The notes under the pieces were generated by a model, which was not told where the DNA came from, did not search any database, and saw nothing but the letters and a program-made list of their open reading frames with translations. The position numbers were made by a program, and so were the translations under genes. This document shows, one piece after another, positions 40,816-55,295 of a DNA stretch of 64,000 bases; within the stretch, counting starts at the first letter, position 1, and each line of letters opens with the position of its first letter. Source of the DNA: Pelomyxa schiedti (lineage: Eukaryota; Protista; Evosea); NCBI GenBank assembly GCA_020536535.1, contig JAHLWZ010000016.1, forward strand, positions 226,925 to 290,924. The letters run 5' to 3'.

Positions 40816-41960
40816 ATGAGCGCAAGTGATGAGGCAGGCCCAGACGTCGAAATGAGCAAGGCCGGGGACTCTAAAATGGTCCAGATCCAATCCAATCGTA
40901 CCTACGATGAGCGTGTATTTTGTTGCTGTTGCAGGTTGATGGGCCCAGCTCTCAGTTTGTATTTTGGGGAGATTGGCCTAACTTTTTTTCTTTTATGGAA
41001 TAGACGCAGCCCACACGTGAGGTGTTTGATTTTTACTTTTCTGGCTGTTGGGAGCATTGTTTACTTGCCAATAGCACTGGTGCCTTCCCTTTTCGTTGTT
41101 TGCTTGTAATAAGTTCATCCCTATTTAAAATGGTGAATTCTGTTGCTGACAAAAAAGATATGATTACTAGACCGTGCTCAGATCCGTGGCCTGGTGTGAT
41201 ATTGGCGCTTACTGTGCAGTGGGTGTCACTTACCTTACATATTTTATTGATTGTGCATTTGGGATCACTTCACGGCATCTCTGGTTCATGCGTGACGCGG
41301 AGAGCGTATATGATTATGTAAAAAGGATCAAGTCAGTTCCTCCTCTTCTCGCGATTCACTGCGAATGTTATCATTACGAGGTCTATTTGTATTCATTTCG
41401 TTGACTGGGGTTTTTTACGTCCAAGCACAGACTAGAACCAGACATATAACGGAGACAGATTCACAAGGAAATACACATACCAGAACAGAAACCTACACTG
41501 AGAAGGTTACAACCCACACAGAAACCGAAAACTTCTCGTGAGTTTCTGGATTTACGAGTTCATGTTGAATTTACCAAGCTCACAAGATATGATCGCTGGG
41601 AGGACCACTCCGGAGATATCACAGTAGATATCGCCTCCCGGCGCTACATCAAGGTTGATTATGAAAAGACTTGGAACTGCGGAGACAGCCGCACTGAAAA
41701 TGCCTGGCAGAAGTTCCAGAATGACTTCAATAGAAGGAACGAAAAAAGAGACACACACTACAGCTGGCATACTTCCTATTCCATTGATGGGCTTCATGGC
41801 CACATGCTCTCTGTCACCGACCTCTCCAAGAAGTCACCTATGTTGGCCTGGAGGTGGTACTTCCTGTTCAGCATTTTCCTATTGTCCTATCCTTACCGAA
41901 TGTGGGTGGAAGGAATTGCCGACTACGCCAAGTTCACCTTTTCCAAGCACGTATTCGTAA
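40816..41960 (+). CDS. TMEM151-like membrane protein
   Basis: N-terminal TM segments, CECYHYETRTRHI...TETYTEKVTTHTETENF, W.DHS, RYIKVDYEK, LSYPYRMW. Confidence 0.7.
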
Positions 41961-42126
41961 ACTAAAAAAATGCGGTATTTATTCCCGTCAATCGTACGGC
42001 GGCACACAAGGATACGACTTGTACTGGGAGAATAAAATAATCAGAACAGAACCCCGTCATTTCGGTGGTTCCAATCAACAGATTGTTTCCCAGAAGAAAA
42101 ACTCTCTTGCAAGTTGTTGTGAGCGA

Positions 42127-44052
42127 ATGTCGCGTACTGTGGACACCAAGGGAGGGAAATCGGTCGTGGTGGTTGTGCTTCCTCCTCCTCGTATCCCTTC
42201 TCCGTCGATATCTGTGCAACAACAGCAGCAACAGCAACAACAAACACCTGTTGTTGGCGGCAACCCCTCCTCAGTCCCCCTCCTACCCATACAACAACAA
42301 CAACAACTCCAGTCGCCGCAGGGGTTTGAATCTGTTCTGCTTGACGACCAAGTCGGTGTGTCTAGTAGTACTCTACAAACAAACACAATACCAATACCGA
42401 TGCAACACACGAAAATTAAAAAGCCCTGGTGCTTCACGAATCTCATTGTGTGTATTCACGTGATAGGCGCCAACAGTGACATAATTGTGGGAGGAGGGCG
42501 GGATGAATCTGACGGGGAGTTGGAGACCGGCGAAGTCGTGTGCGATGACGGCGGCGATGGTGATAATGGGCTGGATTTGGAGTCTGGGGAAGTGGTTCTC
42601 GGCAAGAGGGAATCTACAACAGCTCCATCTGTTTACGAGAAGCAGATGGCCCCGCCGAATAAGAGGACAAGAATCGCTGACCAGTATGGAGTATGCTGAT
42701 TTTTGTGTATTTTTCTCCCTTTCCTATCTCACGTGAGTTCAAACTGATGCATGTATATATAGAGCACAAACATGTTTGTCACCAAGTCAAAAGCAATTGT
42801 AGTCAAAGATCGTGAAAGGCAAGCTGATGGTGAAAGGGACAGAGACCGACACGATAGGGATAGGGATAGGGACAGAGATAGGGACAGAGATAGAGATAGA
42901 GAGAGGGAACGGGAGAAGGAGAGGGACCGTGAACGGGAAAGAACAAGGGAAAAGGAAAGGGCCAGAGAAAGACAAAGAGAAAGAGAAAGAGAAAGAGAAA
43001 AGGAAAAGGAAAGGGAAAGGCAAAGAGACCGCGAAAGAGAGCGAGAAAGGGAAAGAGAACGTGAAAGGGAAAAAGAAAAGCAAAGGGAAAGGGAACGAGA
43101 AAGGGAAAGAGAGCGAGAACGAGAACGTGACAGAGAAGTAACAAGAGCACGAGAAAGAGAAAAAGCTAGGGAGAGGGACCGGGAGAAGGATAGGGACAGA
43201 GACAAGGAAAGAGATCGGTCACGAGAAAACAGAGATAGGAAAAATGGCAATGATAGGAGAGAAAGGCAACACAAGCAGAGATCAAAAGAAAATAGAAGAG
43301 ATTCGCAACTAGAGTCCAAGCCTGAAAAGGACTTGAGAAGAGAAAGAGACCGCCAACAAAATGGGGAAAGGAAAAAAAGCCCCAGAAATGCCCTGGGGAA
43401 AACAGGGAATTCTCTCCAACCAAGTACAACAGAACCACAACAGAGCACAGAAACAAGAAAAGACCGACAACCAAACGAGGACTTGTCAAGCTCATCGCTA
43501 ACTACTGCAAACTCCAGCGCAAGCGCAAAGCAATCCAGCACTCCCATTGCTGCTAGTCCACCACAGTCAATACCCGAACATCTACAACAGCAGCAACCTG
43601 CCGTTGCTCCAGAAACAACATTTCTCACAGCACTTCGCCACAACCCCCTTTCCATGATTTCCACCCCAGAAGCACCCCCACTCGTGATGGACTACTCTTT
43701 CCTAAGCTCACTTGGACACCTTTCTGCAAAGCTTTGTGGACCTGAACTTTGTGAGAAAATATGCTCTTTGACCAACCAGAACTTGTTTGTGTCACCAAAT
43801 GGAGCAAGTGGCACTGCCACACTAACATCAACAGCACCACCAGTAACAACAGCAGCAGCACCAGCACCAGCACCAGCGCCAGCGCCAGCAAAGAAGAAAT
43901 CAACACCACAACACCTAGTGAAGAGCTCACCAGCCTCTCTATGCATTGGTTGCCTTGAGCCTGCGGCACTGTCAATGTACTGTAAGCTTCTCATGCAGCA
44001 CCACACCTCCCCCGTGTTGTTGTGCTCACAGTGCCGTCAAAAGCTACCTTGA
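42127..44052 (+). CDS. Low-complexity Arg/Glu/Asp-repeat protein with C-terminal CxxC..CxxC motif
   Basis: Two exons; poly-Q, LETGEV/LESGEV motifs, long (RD)n/(RE)n tract 42830-43230, CIGC...LCSQC. Confidence 0.6.
42830..43230 (+). repeat. Purine-rich degenerate hexamer repeat encoding (RD)n/(RE)n
   Basis: Iterated GATAGG/GACAGA/GAAAGA/GAAAGG units. Confidence 0.85.
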
Positions 44053-44287
44053 CTCCGATTCGTGTGGGAATGCTACCCTTGTCGCCCATCAATGGAAGCA
44101 GCACAAGAATAGAAAGGGGAACAAGGTTAAGGGTTTTAACTCCTTTGTTATGTTGGTGGTTGGTGTAGTTATAGGCTGAGTCACACTCTGAGTATCTTCC
44201 CCAAAGATCCCAACCAGCAGACCTTCCGCGAACTAATCAACGGTCCAATCAGTAACCAACTTAGTTTCATCACACCACCTTCGACTC

Positions 44288-44575
44288 ATGCAGGTGTGTG
44301 TAAGGCAGCCTTACAAGCTACCGATAGTTATCGACGTGCCGGGCGCGGACTACACCATCGACTCGTTGATGGTGCAGCTTGAGGCTGAGACCGGCGTACC
44401 TGTGGAGCAACAGAGGCTGATTGCCAACTGCCACCTGCTTCTTCGGGGCCACACGCTGCATGACTACTCTCCTTTCCGTTCCATTCACTTGTGTGCCGCC
44501 TTGTTTGGTTTGTGGGAGACTTATGGTGCTTACAGGATAAGGGCCCCTCCTGATCTGGAGTTAAAACAAGAGTGA
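44288..44575 (+). CDS. Small ubiquitin-like domain protein lacking di-glycine
   Basis: MQVCV...TIDSL...ETGVPVEQQRLI...GHTLHDY...SIHL, collinear with ubiquitin. Confidence 0.7.
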   Translation: MQVCVRQPYKLPIVIDVPGADYTIDSLMVQLEAETGVPVEQQRLIANCHLLLRGHTLHDYSPFRSIHLCAALFGLWETYGAYRIRAPPDLELKQE

Positions 44576-44625
44576 ATCACTGTGGGGCAATTTGATTCAA
44601 AAGAACAACATTTCATTCACATCTT

Positions 44626-47600
44626 TCAGCTTTCCCCGTTGTCGTGGGTGTGCTTGTGTTTGTGAGAGTGGCGTGATGATGACTTGGAACAGAGCAACTC
44701 TTTGAGGAGTGCGTCCAATGTATCCACGAGTGCAGAAAATGAAGGTCTGGCGTGCGGCTCCTGTGCCCAGGCACTTTCTATAATGTCACTTATCTGCTTG
44801 TCTACGGTGGGTGGAATGTCCAGCCGCTTTTGGAAGTAGATAGGAGTTTAGAAAACTTTTAAAGGGGTGCGTGGGAGGGGAGTTCAAACCTTTCCAGAAA
44901 CAACGAAGTTGACAATCTGCCAACTTGTTGCAAAGGCCTCTTGGTTGGCATATGGTTCTTTGTCGGACATCAGAGACCACATCATGACTCCAAAACTGTA
45001 CACGTCCGCGCTTTGGCTGTATTTTCCTGCATTCACCAACATTTAGCTTTATTAGTTGCTTGGTTTTAATGTGGAGGAATCAGAAACCTGAATCCAGCAG
45101 CTCAGGGGCCATAACTTGGTTGGAAATGAGAATCGGGGAACGAATTGAGTTTTGGGGTACTTACATACGGGGGTTCCAACCCCTTTTGTGTAGTATTGTG
45201 TTGCCTGTGACACGTTGATGTCTCTGGTGGTGCCGAAATCGATCTGCATTTAAATAGATTCATGTTGGAACACCTAGTTGCAAAGGCGACTGAGTACCAA
45301 TTTGCACACAACGTCAGATGTGATATCCAGTGAACACATTAGTAAATTGTCTGGCTTTAAGTCTCTGGGAAGAAACGATCATTTTAAGAACCCGTTTTGT
45401 CATTTCAAACCTGTGCAAAATTGAACATTGGTGCAGATAGTCCATTCCTGAGGAAAAATAAGAAAATGTCATACTTTTGACTTGAGTACCTCGACAACAA
45501 TCCAGCATGCATTTTATCTTAAATGGTACGGAAAACTTGTGTGCCAGCGCACATGCACGTACACTGCCCAAGCTCAGAAATTCCTGTAAAAGTAGTCTGT
45601 GAGACTATTTTGCGGTACTTATTTGTGTGCGCAACATTTCACCCACCGTAACAATGGCTAGCTTTCCCGGAATGTGTGATGCCCCAACAAACCGCACAAT
45701 ATAAGGAGATCTGCAAGAAAGGTGAATAAGATAGCAAAGATACGTCTATTACTTTAATGCCTCCATCACTTCCACTTCGTGCTTAAAGTCTTCAATTACA
45801 TTTTTTTCCGAGAAGGTTTGATTTTTGAGCATCTTAATGGCTACCTGTGAAAATAAATGAGTGCCCCAGGTAGTTTTGGGTTTTTTTTACCTCTTGTCCC
45901 CTCCACTCCCCCCTAAATACGGCCCCAAATGAACCTGGGATAAATCTTCAGTGTGGTTGAGGATTTACAAGGGTTACCTTCGCCAACTGGAGGAGAAAAG
46001 AGAGTGAATTCATCGGGATCTGAAAATATATGTGAGATTTCGAAAGCATGTTTGAAGCAAACCGAGGAATGAAGTTAGTTTCGATTCTACCACCAAGGGC
46101 AACTTGGTGTAAATCTCGGCAGCGCCCCATTTGGAGTGTGGGCAGAGAGCAATCGTCACTAGCATGTTAAGCCTAGCCGTGCAGTGAATGACTGCAGTTA
46201 CCGCCACTTGAATCTCCTCTCCCTTTTTGAGTCGATTTTAGATAAGGAAAATAGTCAGGTATCCTCGTACAGGCTTCAGGAATGCAGAGTTAGGCTCAGC
46301 TTGAAGAGTAATTTTGGCACTGTAATATTCAGTTATTAACTAAAATAGATGATTGTGTCGCTATGCTACCTTCTGGGAGGAAAGAAGGTAAACATATACT
46401 TGGACTCAGAGTTATTTGTTACTGTGATTTGGTTCTCTATTTGCTCTGCGACTGGTGCTTGCCTTGTAGTGTATCCAAAGTGAAGCTTAGGATCACTGAA
46501 GGAAAGAGGAAACTCCTCAATTTCAACAAATCTAACAGTACGTTTGTATATGGGAATCTATTTGTAATTTTCTAACTTAGCAGTTCCAGCTTCGAAGGTC
46601 TCCATAGGCTTGAGCTCTGTTCCTTGAATAAAGATGTCTTCCTTGAAAACCGTTTCTTCAGGCCGTCTTCGTCGTTTAAGTGGTTATTCTCAGAGGGAAA
46701 AGAGAAAACCTCTTTTTTCTGGAGATCAAATATAATACAAGGCCACAGCCAACAATGAAAGAAATAGGGAGAATGGTGGACAATAAAATTATCCCTCTCC
46801 TTTTTAATCCCTTTGATTCAGAGGATGAGGATTTCGCGTTTTCACTACTCAACTGGTCTTTTGAGAATCTTAGAAGGAAAGAAAAAGGAGAGAGCTGAAC
46901 CAGTAAAGGTGAACTCGTCGGAGCACATTACGTTATCAATCTCAACAGTGTAAATATAAGCAGGTCTCGAGATCAGGGAGCCTGATATGAAAAACTTGAC
47001 AATCCAGTTGGGGTCAAACCCTGCACTGGTTATTATGCTCCACTCCAATGGGAGTGTCTCAAGGTCGTCTGATAGTGGAACGCCCAACTCGAACCTGGTG
47101 TTTTTTAGGGACACACTTTCAAGGGAAAAAATTAAACCATGAATTGGAAGTGCCGGGTAAATAGGACGATTTTGGGATCCATGTTTTGTTTCCTCCATTT
47201 CCATCAAAAACCATGATCTCAGGGCCTGACTGTATTGATGGTTTGTAGGTAGTTTTTAATGTAGGTAATTTATCGTACTTCCCACTGTAGTCCATTACTT
47301 TTGATGGCAAAAATTATCCTAGACCCCGATAAGCATTTCGGCAACCAAGGAATTGCATACCAGCTAAAGCCTGAAGCGCTGATGAAAGTGTAATTGGTGG
47401 TGAAAGTGGCATTAAAAGATTCCTCATCAGTGGTTAAAAGAACGTGAGAAGCTTTATGCAGCGGATCTGTCTCGGTATCGTCAACGGCCGCCGTTAGGGT
47501 GCATTCACCACAGGTCCAGAACTTTACCAAAGCTGAGTCAGCAGCATCAAACTGCCATGTCGTGGATTCTTAAAATCAGGATAATAAAGAAAGAAGGTTG

Positions 47601-50600
47601 GTGGGCTTGGTAGACTTTACATTGCCTTCCTTACCAAGATTAAATTCAAGATCTACCAAAGGGTACTGTACACATTCACTATCTCGGCAAGCGCTGATAC
47701 TCCACGTATATATTGAGTAAGAGGCAATGGGGAAGTCAACAAACACTGAAAGAGACAGAGTAGATGTAGTCTAACCAAAATGAGGAATTTTTTTTTTTGT
47801 TTTGAAGAGCATACATAATTCTCAGGAAGGTTCCAAATAGAGACATTATAAGTTGTGCAGTTTGGGTTGTACTCTGTACAGGCATATCCAAACCTTGCAG
47901 CAACCCAGGAGAAAGTGAAGGACGGCCTTTATTGATTAAAAACCCTCTCGTGAAGTCTTCATACCATAAAACGGAACTGACTTGGAGATCTGCATCCGTG
48001 GATGTAGGGTAAAGTGGAGTCGCTACCATAGTAATGGGTGCCGTAGGAAAACTTGGAATGCATAGTCCACGATCTATGAATGAGTAGAGTCAGGTTCATG
48101 GATGTTCATCATCACGTTTATACCTTCACTACTTATGGCCATAAAAATAGGCATAGACTGTGCTATATTGCACAAAAAAGTGATTTTGTAAGTACACGGA
48201 AAGACAGAAAATAGAGCAACCAGAATCATTGGGAAGTACGGTGGTAGTGCTAAAAAATATTGATGATGACGTAGAGCCGCCAGCGAAGATGCGTTCATCA
48301 ACATGAAGGGTATATAATGCGTTACTTCCTGAGGTATCACCAACAGTCCAAGCATTGAATATTGAATGACTTGTAATATTGATATAGCCTGTGTTGGGAA
48401 ACTCAAATAAATAGTCTCTCAAGGCAAATGATGGAAAAAACCCAAATAGCCCAGTGACGAGGTGTTTAGAGTTGAAAGCTGCAGCTGCCCAACAAAGAAG
48501 AGAAAGTCACCTTGCACTGTCACATCATAGGGTGTAATAGTAGTTCCAGAGCCACTTGGGAGAAACCAAGTTGAGATGTTCAACCACCCATTTGTCCACC
48601 ACAATAAAGAAACCTGAGAGGACATAAGGTTGTGTACTGCAGATTAAGAATAGGGTACTTGAGAAAAAAACATGACTGGATACTCGGTGACGTCATGCGG
48701 ATTTTGAGCACTGGAGAAATCACTGGAATAGGTATAACCCACAATGTATGCGTCATAGTCTTCTATCACAACAGAGGAGCACTTATCATAAGACTGTGTA
48801 TCCGGTTATATGTGTTAATTCATACTTTCTCCTCAACCTGACTTCCATATATTGCTGAACTCGAGGTGAAATCACTTTGGTCCGGTTGAAAGACATGCAT
48901 GAACAGACATTGAGTATTGTAGTTGACATAGCATTCCCCAATTGCTACAATGTTCAAAATGTTGAATCGAGAATATGCTGAGACCTCCGTCAAACTGGCA
49001 GTATACGAATCTACAGTTTTACAAAGGGAAATAGGGATAATTATAAGAAATCCGAACTCAGTGATCAAGTCAAACCTGAAGTAAAAGTACAAAACAGAAG
49101 TGTCCAATCAGTGTCCCAGTCGAAGACCAGGAGCAAACCATGCTCTTGAGTTGAATGAGAAGAGCACCCTTGTGTTGGAAAGTCTCCTGGAACTGTTGCC
49201 GTCAGTATCCTGTACCACAGGTGAAAAATATATCCAAGTAGAAAAATATGTACCTGTATTTCCCTTCAATGAGTAAAATGTCAGTGAAACGTTCAAGATT
49301 ACTCATTCCTCCCCACCTAATGGACCAGCTTACGCTACAATCAGACATGTTGTAGGCTATGACTACTGCATCGACAGTGAGAGGGGCTGTAGTGTAAAGC
49401 AAGCCCGTTGGGGCACCATCCACAATCAAGGCAACATTTTTCCCAGCTCCGACAACATAAAATAGGCCAGCTTCCATGTCAACAGACACTGCACTGGCAA
49501 CACCAGTTGTGTCAAAAACTTTGGAACATATTACTTCACCAGATGGATCTAGTTTTGCAACAAAGGGCCCGTCAGAGTATCCAACAACGTAGGAATCTTT
49601 TTTGAATTTTGTGATTATTAATTTGTATGAAAGAGAGGTTGGGTCGTCTTACTGCCAGATGAGTCAGTGTCCACGTCCGTCACATTCCCGACAAGGCCGT
49701 GTTCAAGGTATGTAGAGAAGAAATAGCCGCTGTCCTCTGATGACAACTTTGCACAATTGGAAGTGCAGGTTTCATTTACGATCGCACAACCAACATATTC
49801 CTTGCACACAGTTGAATCAAGGGCACTGCAACTGCTGCAGTAGCTGCTAATTGGAATGCAAGTTTGCGTAGATGAGCACCAATTGCAGAAGAGATTGCTT
49901 AGTCACTGTAAGCAAAACAAGCGGGAGGTATTTACAGAAAAGAAAAGAATAGCAGGCAAAAGTGAATGTTACTAGGAGAGCATACTATTCGTAACAGGCA
50001 TCTTCTGTCAACTGCTCAGAACAGCTTTCACAAGTCGCATTATCCATTGAACATGTATCTCCGCATGTCATGCAAGAACTTGAACATGCGTCAGCTGAGA
50101 TGTCTTCACACTCAGAGCACCACTGAGAAAGAGGTAAACACATTTCTACATTATTACACCAGTTGCATCCATCAGGATATCTGTGTTCTTTTTGTGAGAG
50201 ATGGGAAAAAATACAAATTATGAGTACAAGGCACAAGTGATTTCTGTTGTTTGTTCCATGCACGTTACACATTCAGATTCACATGACTGGGTCTCCTGAC
50301 AGAATAAGCACCCTTCATTGCTGGAAAAAATGTTTAATGTTTCAAACGGATAGTGTGTCATCTTGACTCGTACCTGGTGCAATTCTCTTTAGAGATATAT
50401 GCACACGAAACGCATGAGGATGCCTGACACACCCCTAAATCTCTGCACCAGTTGCACATCATCATTGTGCAGTTGTATTCATCTGACCAACTTGAACATG
50501 TTCCCTGAACTAAGAAATATTCTTGCATCGTGGTATTTGATGCCACCATGAGGCTGTACTTGTTTTTGGTGTTGAGAGTTGAAGAAGCAAGAATGACTGT

Positions 50601-52071
50601 GATTGATTGCTCATATGCAGACAACTGCTTGCTGTGGTTCTGTGGTGAGATGAAAGGAAGGAGGTTAGACAGTTTGTCAATGTGTAGAGTGTGGTTTTCT
50701 TGCTCACCCGCCAATTTGATTCCCCAGACACTCGTGTCAACCACACAAGATTTTGCTCTGTCTGGCAAGCAATGAAGTCGTCCCCATCCACAGATGTTTG
50801 GATGTCTGCCACTGTGATTGCACATGAACTGCTTGAATCCATCCATGAATGCAAGGTACTGTGCCTCCAGTTCATTGGCCCAACAGCTTCATGAAGCTCG
50901 ATGTAAAACATCCCTCCCGTTGTTACAGTGCAGGTAACGGCACTCTTGAAATCTATTGTCATTTGGTTAAACTCCTCTCCCTCTTGCTTTTTGCTCCAAA
51001 GAGCAACACAAAAATACCAACAACTGCCGCAGATAAAATAACCTCGTTGCTTGGCTGGAACATCACCATTTCAGCCCACGTGGTTCCGTTGGTTGCAACA
51101 CAAGACATCCAGTGAGGAGCAACCACAAAAACAATGTCAGAAGCCTGTGTTGCAGGCCCTCGGCTGACAGATGGGAGAAGCAGAAACACATCTGTTCCAT
51201 TCGAGACGGCAAGTTTCATGTAGGTGCCGAGTTTTGGTTCAGAGCCAGAAACATTGAAAATGTACAAGTGGTCTTCACAAGTAAACGCTACAAGTGCTTT
51301 GTTTATCAGTGGAGCCCCTGTGAGCGTTGAAAGGTCATCACATGATGGCGCATCATTGCCAGGGAAAATTTGAGTGAGCGTCACATACTGTGACCCCGGA
51401 TCAAGCAACAAAAAGACCCCCGGGTCCAGTTCATCCCATTCCCAATTCTGAGGTGCCACAATAAGGAAAACGTAATACTGTGAACCAAAAATGTTGGGCC
51501 ACATAGTAGGATGGACTTCTGTGCCCCAGCTCTCGCGGAGGCCTTGTGAACAAAAGGGTGAGATAATATTACAAGAATATGTTACACTCACCAAACACCC
51601 CAGCAGTGTCTCTCACAATAGGCGAATTGACATTTGAAGTAACATAAAGGCAATTTACAATGTTATCACAAGTTGTCGGGCGAGTGTATCTGACATATCC
51701 TCCAAGGTCGGCTGGTGGTGGCCAATCATAGGTTCCTGGAAGTGAATGCATGTAAATTCATAGGCAACTGAGCAATAGAAAAAAAAAAAACTGGTGGACG
51801 AGGGGGACCACGAACCACTGTAGAACAACACCAAAGGGTGCCACGAGGAGTACCAAGAAGCAACGTCACCACACCCTGGGCGCTCAACGTGCCCAAACCA
51901 CATTACATCCCACCAATACTCCCATGAAAAACCCGGGTCCGGTCCAATCAATACATCTACTGGATCTGAAGATCCCCTCACCACCGCCGCGTTCCCACAC
52001 CACAATAATACAACAATACAACACGCCCATGTGCTGGGCAATCCACTCACGTTGTCTTTCCCGCGCCGCAT
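44626..52071 (-). CDS. Receptor-like transmembrane TKL protein kinase with Cys-rich (PSI-like) ectodomain, many exons
   Basis: Signal peptide; CNWC repeats; TM ILLSTILPISFIVGCGLVLYL; GEGSFGAVFRG, VAIK, HRDLKPDNLL, IDFG, GVGTP, ADVYSFG, WAQEPHARPSF. Confidence 0.88.
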
Positions 52072-52317
52072 CGTTGTTCGTAGCGTGCTCGTTGGTTGTT
52101 TCGTTTTGTTTTTTTTTTTTTTTTGTTCGTTCTGTTTTTTGGCTGTAAGTTTTGTTGGTATTCCGACTAATTTCTGCCAACTGGATAATCCCAAAATCTG
52201 GTGGGGTTCAGGAACTACAGTTGAATCGATGAAAGGTCCACAGCCCTAACTAAGGCTGTACCATCTTCCAGTCTGGCAGGTGTCAAACACAACTAAATTA
52301 AATTAAAAGTCGGTGTG

Positions 52318-55295
52318 ATGGTGGTGTCGGCGGGGCCGGCGATCTCGTCGTTGGTTACGCTGGTTGTATGCTGGGGTGTTGCTGAGGTGCTTGGGGGGCA
52401 GAGAATAACGTTGTCTTTGGGTAATGGATCTTACGCTGTTGCCATTGATGGCACTACTTGGTTGGACGGGGGACCCGTCGGCGTACGTCACAACTCAAAG
52501 TGGTACACGACTATGGACGGCACTTTGGTGTTGTGTGAGCAGGAGAAGTATGTTTTTTTATTTTTTATTGTTTGTTATTTTTTATTTTTTTTTTTTCTTT
52601 TTTCTTCCTGGCATCGAGACGAGGAAACGAGGATTACATTTGCTCAAGGGATATAGGTCCGTTACTGGAAGTGATTCCCTTGGGCAGTATACTGCTACTC
52701 AATGGAACTACTGCCAAGCATCTGACGCAACCACAATAATGGAAGTAGTATTCAAAACGTGTGGATTTGACTTACCTCGCCTTCTGTGACAAGCAATCAG
52801 ATATACCAGTATCCCTGTGATTACGTTTGAACAGTCCTTCCCGAAAGATCTTGTTAGCACATCAACTTATTCCAGCAGTAGTGTCTCAACGTGCTTTCCC
52901 TCTTTCAATGTTGCCCTGGAAGGAATCAACTTCATCACTTACACTGGTGAATTTGCTGAACCACTTCTTGGTACATGGGGTGATTCCAGTTATCCAGTAT
53001 TTCATTGAGTGGAAAATCCAAAAAAGTTCACTCATCTAAATAAAGGGAGGTCTAACTGGGGGCGTCCCTTTATGTCTGTATGACAGTGCCCTAAAGTCGA
53101 TTGTCATATCTCCTTTGACGAACTTTATGACTGGAATTCAAGAGGAGTGAGTAAACAAGTAAAACGCCAGAAACTAACATATAAAGGTCCTCCTATTTCG
53201 ATGCCCTTTCATGTGGCATACAAGGAAGAATAGATTCAATCCCAGCCGGATTTTCCCATACAACCATAATCAGTTTTGATACAAGTGTAACCCAAGCCTT
53301 TTATGACTGGGGTTCTCGTTTGCTTCAATACTCTGGGAAAGGGAGGAATGACAATTTTGGTTTGTGATTTGCCCCACAGACCTGTCCTAATATACTTTGC
53401 AGACCTCATGGCCAAAATTCTTGGCTACAGCACCAACAAGTATGGTGTACGTACTTAGGCGGCAATCCGTTAAATATGTTTTCCAGTGGTGCATATTACT
53501 ATTACCAAACTGAAACTCTCAAAACATATGAGCAAACCATTCTTGATATATATGCTGAGCAGTCATCCCTGATGGGGCCCAAGTTTTATCAGGTAGGGGT
53601 TATGACTTACTACCCTCTACTAAATATTATCTGCTGTAGTTTGACTCCTGGTGGTACTTCACAGGCTATTATGGCGGTGTAAAACTTTGGTGATTTTTCC
53701 CCCGTATCTTTCTCGTTTAACATAGCAATAGGGAGCCACGCAAAGAAGTATTCCCTGATGGGATGGAATATATTCACGAAAGCTTGAATTATTCTCCTCT
53801 AATGCTCCAAAGCTCGTAAGTATTTTCCGTCATGAAGAAAAAATAATCAATATTTTCTAGATACTTTAGCCCTGATACAGATTATGCGTCTAACTTCTCC
53901 TTCATAAGTGAGAGAAAATGCTCTATCCCTCTAAACCAGGATGTGTAAGTCTAACATACCCTTGGGATGAGCACACTTTAACCGAATCTAGGTACGACTA
54001 TATGTTTGGAAAAGCTCTCTCCTGGGGGATGCTTATGTACGAACAGGATGACTTGGCCTACACGTTTTCTGCTATGGATGCCACGCAAACAAGTCTCACT
54101 GTTGCACGAGACTGGCTCATAAATATGGGGAATGCTGCCAAGAAATTATCCCTTCCAGTCCAGGTATTGTGCACCCTGAGCGGCGTTTTCATTGAGGCAT
54201 TTTCGTAGTATTCATCTGCGTATCCGAACCACCTACTTGAAAGTACAGAGATACCATCAGTAATTACCGCACGGACCTCGGCTGATTACCAACCAGGAAA
54301 CAAGCAGTGGCAGGTATATTACCAGTCCAGAGTCTCCTTAATTTCTTGCAGGTTTTTTTTGGCAACTTGCTTGTTTGGTCTTTAGGTCTTGTACCTGTCA
54401 AAGATACATTTTGGACTTCCTCACAGGAACTTGGTTGCAGGTTATATGCCGCTTTCAACTAATAACAGGCACATAACATTGGCAATAGCTACACACTCTG
54501 TGATGAACCTAATACTGAGTTACATGCCCTTGTATCTGCACTTTCATCAGGCTCAATCATGACAGGAGACAAACTGGACCACACAAGTGCAGATATTCTA
54601 CGCAAAACGTGCATAAATGATGCTGTCCTATTAAAACCAGACATTCCTGCAATTCCTATTGACATGTAAACATTCTTGGTATCACCTTGAATACTAACTC
54701 TTGCAGTGTATTTGACCAGTTCAGTACCACCCCTGTAACAGCACAGCTAGCGCATACGTATGCCGTTATCTCAGGAATGACGTGGAGTTACGTGTTTGCA
54801 GCAGAACTACCATGGGCTATTCAACTCTACCCTTCTTCGTTGGAATTGGCTGGCGTTAATCTTGTGGCAGTGGACTACTTTGATGCTCCTACATCTCCCA
54901 TAACAATGAACGACACTCTTCCACTGCACATTGCAAGCATTCCAACCGTTGCAGCTCACACACAAGTTCCTTTCAAATATTACGTTGTATGTTCTCTTAC
55001 ATCAAAATTCCACCGAGTAACATAACAGCAGATTGCCCCAGTTTTGCAGTCAGGATGGACCCTTTTTGGGGATATGACCAAGTATTTATGTGTAGCCCAC
55101 CCCCGAATCAGCTCCATAGCAAACACCGCCACGAGTGTAACGGTAACTCTCTCTGGGACTGAGGGTGAGGTAATCACTGTCTCAGCCATTCCACCCTCAT
55201 CCTCTTCATTTGTAACTGGCACCTGCACAATTCCAGCTGGCACAACCGAGTGCACAGTAACCTGTTCATGTTCGTCTACTTGTGTGTGTGCTTGA
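52318..55295 (+). CDS. Secreted glycoside-hydrolase-like protein (TIM-barrel type, family often annotated glucosylceramidase-like)
   Basis: Signal peptide; GYSTNNGAYYYY, DSWWY, WEPRKEVFPDGM, MYEQDDL, ARDWLINMG, RTSADY, KDTFWT, LSSGS..GD, LLKPDIPA. Confidence 0.7.

Noticed and set aside
42729-43664. 311-aa (SL)n minus-strand ORF
   Set aside because: Antisense of the RE/RD repeat.
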